From an uncultured Bacteroidales bacterium (GTDB lineage Bacteria; Bacteroidota; Bacteroidia; Bacteroidales; Muribaculaceae), in contig CAUFFJ010000004.1 in NCBI GenBank assembly GCA_959024545.1, positions 12,584 to 76,583 on the forward strand: a stretch of 64,000 nt of DNA, given 5' to 3'. The notes below the pieces were generated by a model. It saw nothing but the letters and a program-made list of their open reading frames with translations. It was not told the origin of the DNA and searched no databases. Positions 61,105 to 64,000 of the stretch are shown in pieces. Within the stretch, counting starts at the first letter, position 1. Every line of letters starts with the position of its first letter. A program made the translations under genes and the position numbers.

Positions 61105-61379
61105 TTGATTGAAAAAAGTCTTTTAATGATTAATGTGTTACTCAAAATCAGCTAAATAAAGCCGAAGGCTTTCATAGAGCTGAATTGGCTGCGGAAGGCC
61201 AGCTGATTTCCCATCACACTGTCCAATCACAAAAGCGGCGCAAAGTTAATCAAAATTTCCGGGACGGCCAAATTTCGGGACTGCTATTTTAATAAGTGTT
61301 GATGATGAAAGAAAACAGTCATTTTTTATGGGCGAAAATTTGGCGGGACGAACTTTTTGAATTATCTTTGCGTTGTAAA

Positions 61380-61745
61380 AACAAAGCGAGAGAGCAAAGG
61401 GCCACAGCCGCAAGGTGATGGTGAGGAAAGGTATCGTTGCAAATGCCTCAGGGCCGTGAGTAATGAGCCTTCCGAAGATATTCAGACAAGATAAATCTTC
61501 TACCACATCAAAGTAGACTGGGAAACTCATCAAATCTTATAGAAATACCGAGACAAGCTTGCTTTGTCAATGGCGGGCCGCGACATCTGAAAGGGTGTTG
61601 TTCCGGATGACGGGACACGGCGGATTACAAAGATGGGGAAGCACTCAAATCCTGTCACTCGGAGTTTCATCGCATCCTTTGATGTGGACCCTATAGGCCG
61701 ACGGTCGACGCATTTACAGGCGGCCGTCGGCTTTCTCTTATTGAA
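61380..61745 (+). ncRNA. Candidate structured RNA or cis-regulatory leader ending in a Rho-independent terminator
   Basis: 11-bp long-range complement ccacatcaaag (~61499) / ctttgatgtgg (~61677). Terminator hairpin ccgacgg...ccgtcgg followed by ctttctcttatt at ~61697-61745, 32 nt before the nfsA start. No convincing ORF. Confidence 0.25.
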
Positions 61746-61776
61746 AAATCCGTTTGAAAAAATCCCTAATTAGATA

Positions 61777-62532
61777 ATGATGAAAGATGTGAAAACCGCG
61801 CTACTGGAGCGCACGAGCGTGCGCCGCTATGAGCGCGAGCCGATTCCGGCCGAGACTATGGACTTCATATATAAGGCTGTGGAGAATACGCCGACAAGCT
61901 ATAACGGCCAGCAGTTCTCCGTAATCGATATTGATGACCAACAGCTGAAAGAGACTCTCTATGAGTTGACCGGCCAGAAACAGCTCAAGACCTGCAACCG
62001 GCTTCTGATTTTCTGCTCTGACTATAATAAGATCACCCGTCTGGCCGAGAAGAAGGGCTTTGAAGTGCCTGCCTTCACCAATACGATGGACGGCGTGATG
62101 ATAGGCGTGATCGATGCCTCGCTGGCTATGATGAGCGCTGTGGTAGCCGCTCAGGCAGCCGGTCTGGGCAGCAACTGCGTGGGCTATCTGCGTACCGTCG
62201 ACCCGGCCAAGGTGGCTGAGCTTCTGAAGCTGCCTAAAGGGGTATTCGTGGTGTGCGGCCTGGCTCTCGGTGTGCCCCGCGAGCAGCCCGACCTCAAGCC
62301 CAAGGAGCCGACTTCGCTCGTATTCCACCGCAACTGTTACCGTCAGGATACCGACCGTATGGTAGCCGAACTGGAGGCTTACGACGATGTGGTGAAAAAA
62401 TATAATCAGACACGTTCGGGCGGCACCACCGACAATGACTGGTGCGACCACATCCTCGACTACTACCGCCATGCCATGGCCTACCGTATTCTCGGCTATC
62501 TGAAGGCGCAGGGCTACGATGTGAAGTGGTGA
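61777..62532 (+). CDS. nfsA: NfsA/FRP-family NADPH-dependent nitroreductase
   Basis: 251 aa; ...LTGQKQ..LLIFCSDYN...DLKPKEP... resembles E. coli NfsA. Confidence 0.75.
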   Translation: MMKDVKTALLERTSVRRYEREPIPAETMDFIYKAVENTPTSYNGQQFSVIDIDDQQLKETLYELTGQKQLKTCNRLLIFCSDYNKITRLAEKKGFEVPAFTNTMDGVMIGVIDASLAMMSAVVAAQAAGLGSNCVGYLRTVDPAKVAELLKLPKGVFVVCGLALGVPREQPDLKPKEPTSLVFHRNCYRQDTDRMVAELEAYDDVVKKYNQTRSGGTTDNDWCDHILDYYRHAMAYRILGYLKAQGYDVKW

Positions 62533-62633
62533 CAGATAGTATATAGATAAAGAAGCGGAGGAGTGCCCTGCGGCATCCCTCCGTTTTTTTTAGCGGACTA
62601 TATGGCCGTCCGTTCAATCTCCCGGCCGTGAGA

Positions 62634-63503
62634 TCAGTTGTCGGCGGCGCGTGTGAGCTCGAGCACTACTTTGCCGTCATCGTCGAGCAGAAGCACTTTG
62701 GTCGGGCTGATGGGGCGCGCGTAAGCGGCATCTTCAAGAGCCACTACGAATTCCGTCTCATGGCTCTCGTCGGGGCAGGCCATGCGCGTGGTGGCTATTT
62801 TCTGAAACGAAATGCTATTGGCCCGTTCCATATCGGTGGTGAAATCACCGTTGAGCAGATTGCAACCCGTGTTGCCGTGCAGTTTGCCCTCGTCCACGTC
62901 GATAACAATCTTCATGTCGGGAACGTTGACCGGTTCTTCATTGATGGCCGTGACGCTCCAGGTGCCGTTGAGAAACTGGAAGTTCTGATGCATGAGCGTC
63001 ATAATCTTGCGGTGGCCTGAATCGAACAGATAGAGATAATACTGTGAATCCTTGAGCTCCCACGAATAGTAGCGTGTGGCGTCGAGAGCGATGTTGATTT
63101 CAGTATCGGTGATGCCTTGTGTGGCGCAGGCACGCATGGTGGATATTACGTTTGAGAAACTGAGTGTGCTGTCAGCAGGGTTGTAGGTATATGAGGCATT
63201 GATGACGTTGCAGCCATTGTTGCCATAGACGCGTTTCTCGGCCGGTACGAATTTTAGGAAAGGCGCGTCCTCACCTTTTGCAGGCTTGCCGCCGACTTCT
63301 TCAATGGCCCAGTCGCCTCTCACAATACCCTTGGCGAGTTCTTCGGGAGTGTAGGTCTTGGCCGACTTGTCTTTAAGTATCTGTTCCCGGTCAGTAGGGA
63401 GTACGGCAGGCTGCCTGGCTTCCTTCTTGAATAGCGAACAGCCGGATAGTGCTATCAGGGCTATTGCCGGAGCGGCAATGGTCAATATTCTTGTTGTTTT
63501 CAT
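62634..63503 (-). CDS. Lipoprotein with two META (HslJ-like, DUF306) domains
   Basis: 289 aa; lipobox LSGCS; the META motif ...GNNGCNVINASY... / ...GNTGCNLLNGDF... is duplicated. Confidence 0.65.
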   Translation of the reverse strand: MKTTRILTIAAPAIALIALSGCSLFKKEARQPAVLPTDREQILKDKSAKTYTPEELAKGIVRGDWAIEEVGGKPAKGEDAPFLKFVPAEKRVYGNNGCNVINASYTYNPADSTLSFSNVISTMRACATQGITDTEINIALDATRYYSWELKDSQYYLYLFDSGHRKIMTLMHQNFQFLNGTWSVTAINEEPVNVPDMKIVIDVDEGKLHGNTGCNLLNGDFTTDMERANSISFQKIATTRMACPDESHETEFVVALEDAAYARPISPTKVLLLDDDGKVVLELTRAADN

Positions 63504-63604
63504 ATTGAAACGTGTTTTTTATCGCCTGAAGACGAGGCGAAGCGAATGCAAAATTAACAAAATATTCTGTCAGACCCAAATGGGATAGACAAATCGGGTC
63601 ACGG

Positions 63605-64000
63605 TCAGTCGCCCCAGTGGCGGCGTTCCGGGAATCGTGTCGGGCGCAGCAACAGCCGCAACGAAGTGGAATAGGTAAGATAATTCCACGTCCAGTTGAG
63701 CAGCACGATTATGCGGTTGCGCATACCCAGAATCGATATGAGATGAATGAGCATCCATATCATCCAGGCAAACCAGCCGTCGAAGAATGTATGTCCCAGA
63801 TCGACCACGGCGCGGTTTTTGCCGACGGTAGCCATCGAGCCTTTGTCGTTGTATACAAATTTCTTTTTCCGGTCGGGGTCGTTAAGGTTGCGTGCGAGAT
63901 TGCGTGCCTGCTGTATGGCCGGCTGAGCTACCTGAGGGTGTCCGTAAGGATATTTTTCCGTAGTCATCAGAGCTATGTCGCCCAGGGCGAAAGCATCCTG
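63605..64000 (-). CDS. Type II NADH dehydrogenase (NDH-2)-like FAD-dependent oxidoreductase, C-terminal part (gene continues past the window end)
   Basis: ...FVYNDKGSMATVGKNRAVVDL... is the C-terminal NDH-2 signature. The frame stays open to 64000. Confidence 0.6.
   Translation of the reverse strand, partial: QDAFALGDIALMTTEKYPYGHPQVAQPAIQQARNLARNLNDPDRKKKFVYNDKGSMATVGKNRAVVDLGHTFFDGWFAWMIWMLIHLISILGMRNRIIVLLNWTWNYLTYSTSLRLLLRPTRFPERRHWGD

Noticed and set aside
61246-61533. 95-aa minus-strand ORF in the rplY-nfsA spacer
   Set aside because: Low-complexity hydrophobic translation with no start context. The region is better explained as promoter plus candidate structured RNA.

Overview
This 64 kb window looks like a chromosomal segment from a Bacteroidota (Bacteroidales-like) genome. 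By eye it is GC-rich (roughly mid-50s %), with conspicuously AT-richer inserts at about 6.0-7.6 kb, 31.8-33.1 kb and 51.5-54.8 kb. Three lines of evidence support the taxon: promoters on both strands carry the Bacteroidetes sigma-A -7 motif TAnnTTTG; a DUF4252 / ECF-sigma cluster is present; and several secreted proteins end in T9SS-type C-terminal tails.

The window is largely housekeeping. It contains rpmE, recQ, three tRNAs (Leu-GAG and two identical Gly-GCC), nhaA, lepA, yaaA, clpP-clpX, tig, a DAP dehydrogenase, pheS, nth, a PiT phosphate transporter, gdhA, the thrS-infC-rpmI-rplT operon, pth-rplY and nfsA.

The accessory and unusual content, in window order:
- A >1770 aa secreted protein built from GLUG-type beta-helix repeats fills 1..5319 on the minus strand. 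It runs off the window edge, so the ORF track omits it.
- A small decayed XRE-HTH / ImmA-IrrE Zn-peptidase / PIN toxin module sits next to tRNA-Ser. It has an in-frame TAA inside the peptidase gene and a 1-nt homopolymer frameshift inside the PIN gene.
- An ECF sigma / anti-sigma-like / DUF4252 / outer-membrane beta-barrel cluster. Its anti-sigma-like ORF and the neighbouring intergenic region are densely seeded with a GC-rich perfect palindromic repeat, GTAGGGGCGCACCATGGTGCGCCCCTAC. At least 13 copies occur in three spots, and several are embedded in frame inside the coding sequence.
- An acyl-CoA ligase-neuD-neuB-neuC sialic-acid-type operon with no neuA or glycosyltransferase nearby.
- A two-component system, followed by an AT-rich LRR (BspA-like) protein with a T9SS tail.
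- An array of 11-12 bp GAAACATTA direct repeats with one inverted copy, downstream of tig.
- An AT-rich insert carrying what looks like a BcgI-like Type IIB restriction-modification pair. The A subunit has an N-terminal PD-ExK nuclease motif followed by a gamma-class N6-adenine methyltransferase. The HsdS-like specificity subunit carries a perfect 24-bp tandem duplication in its central spacer.
- A C10 cysteine peptidase with a T9SS tail and an adjacent small secreted protein.
- A candidate structured RNA ending in a terminator just upstream of nfsA.
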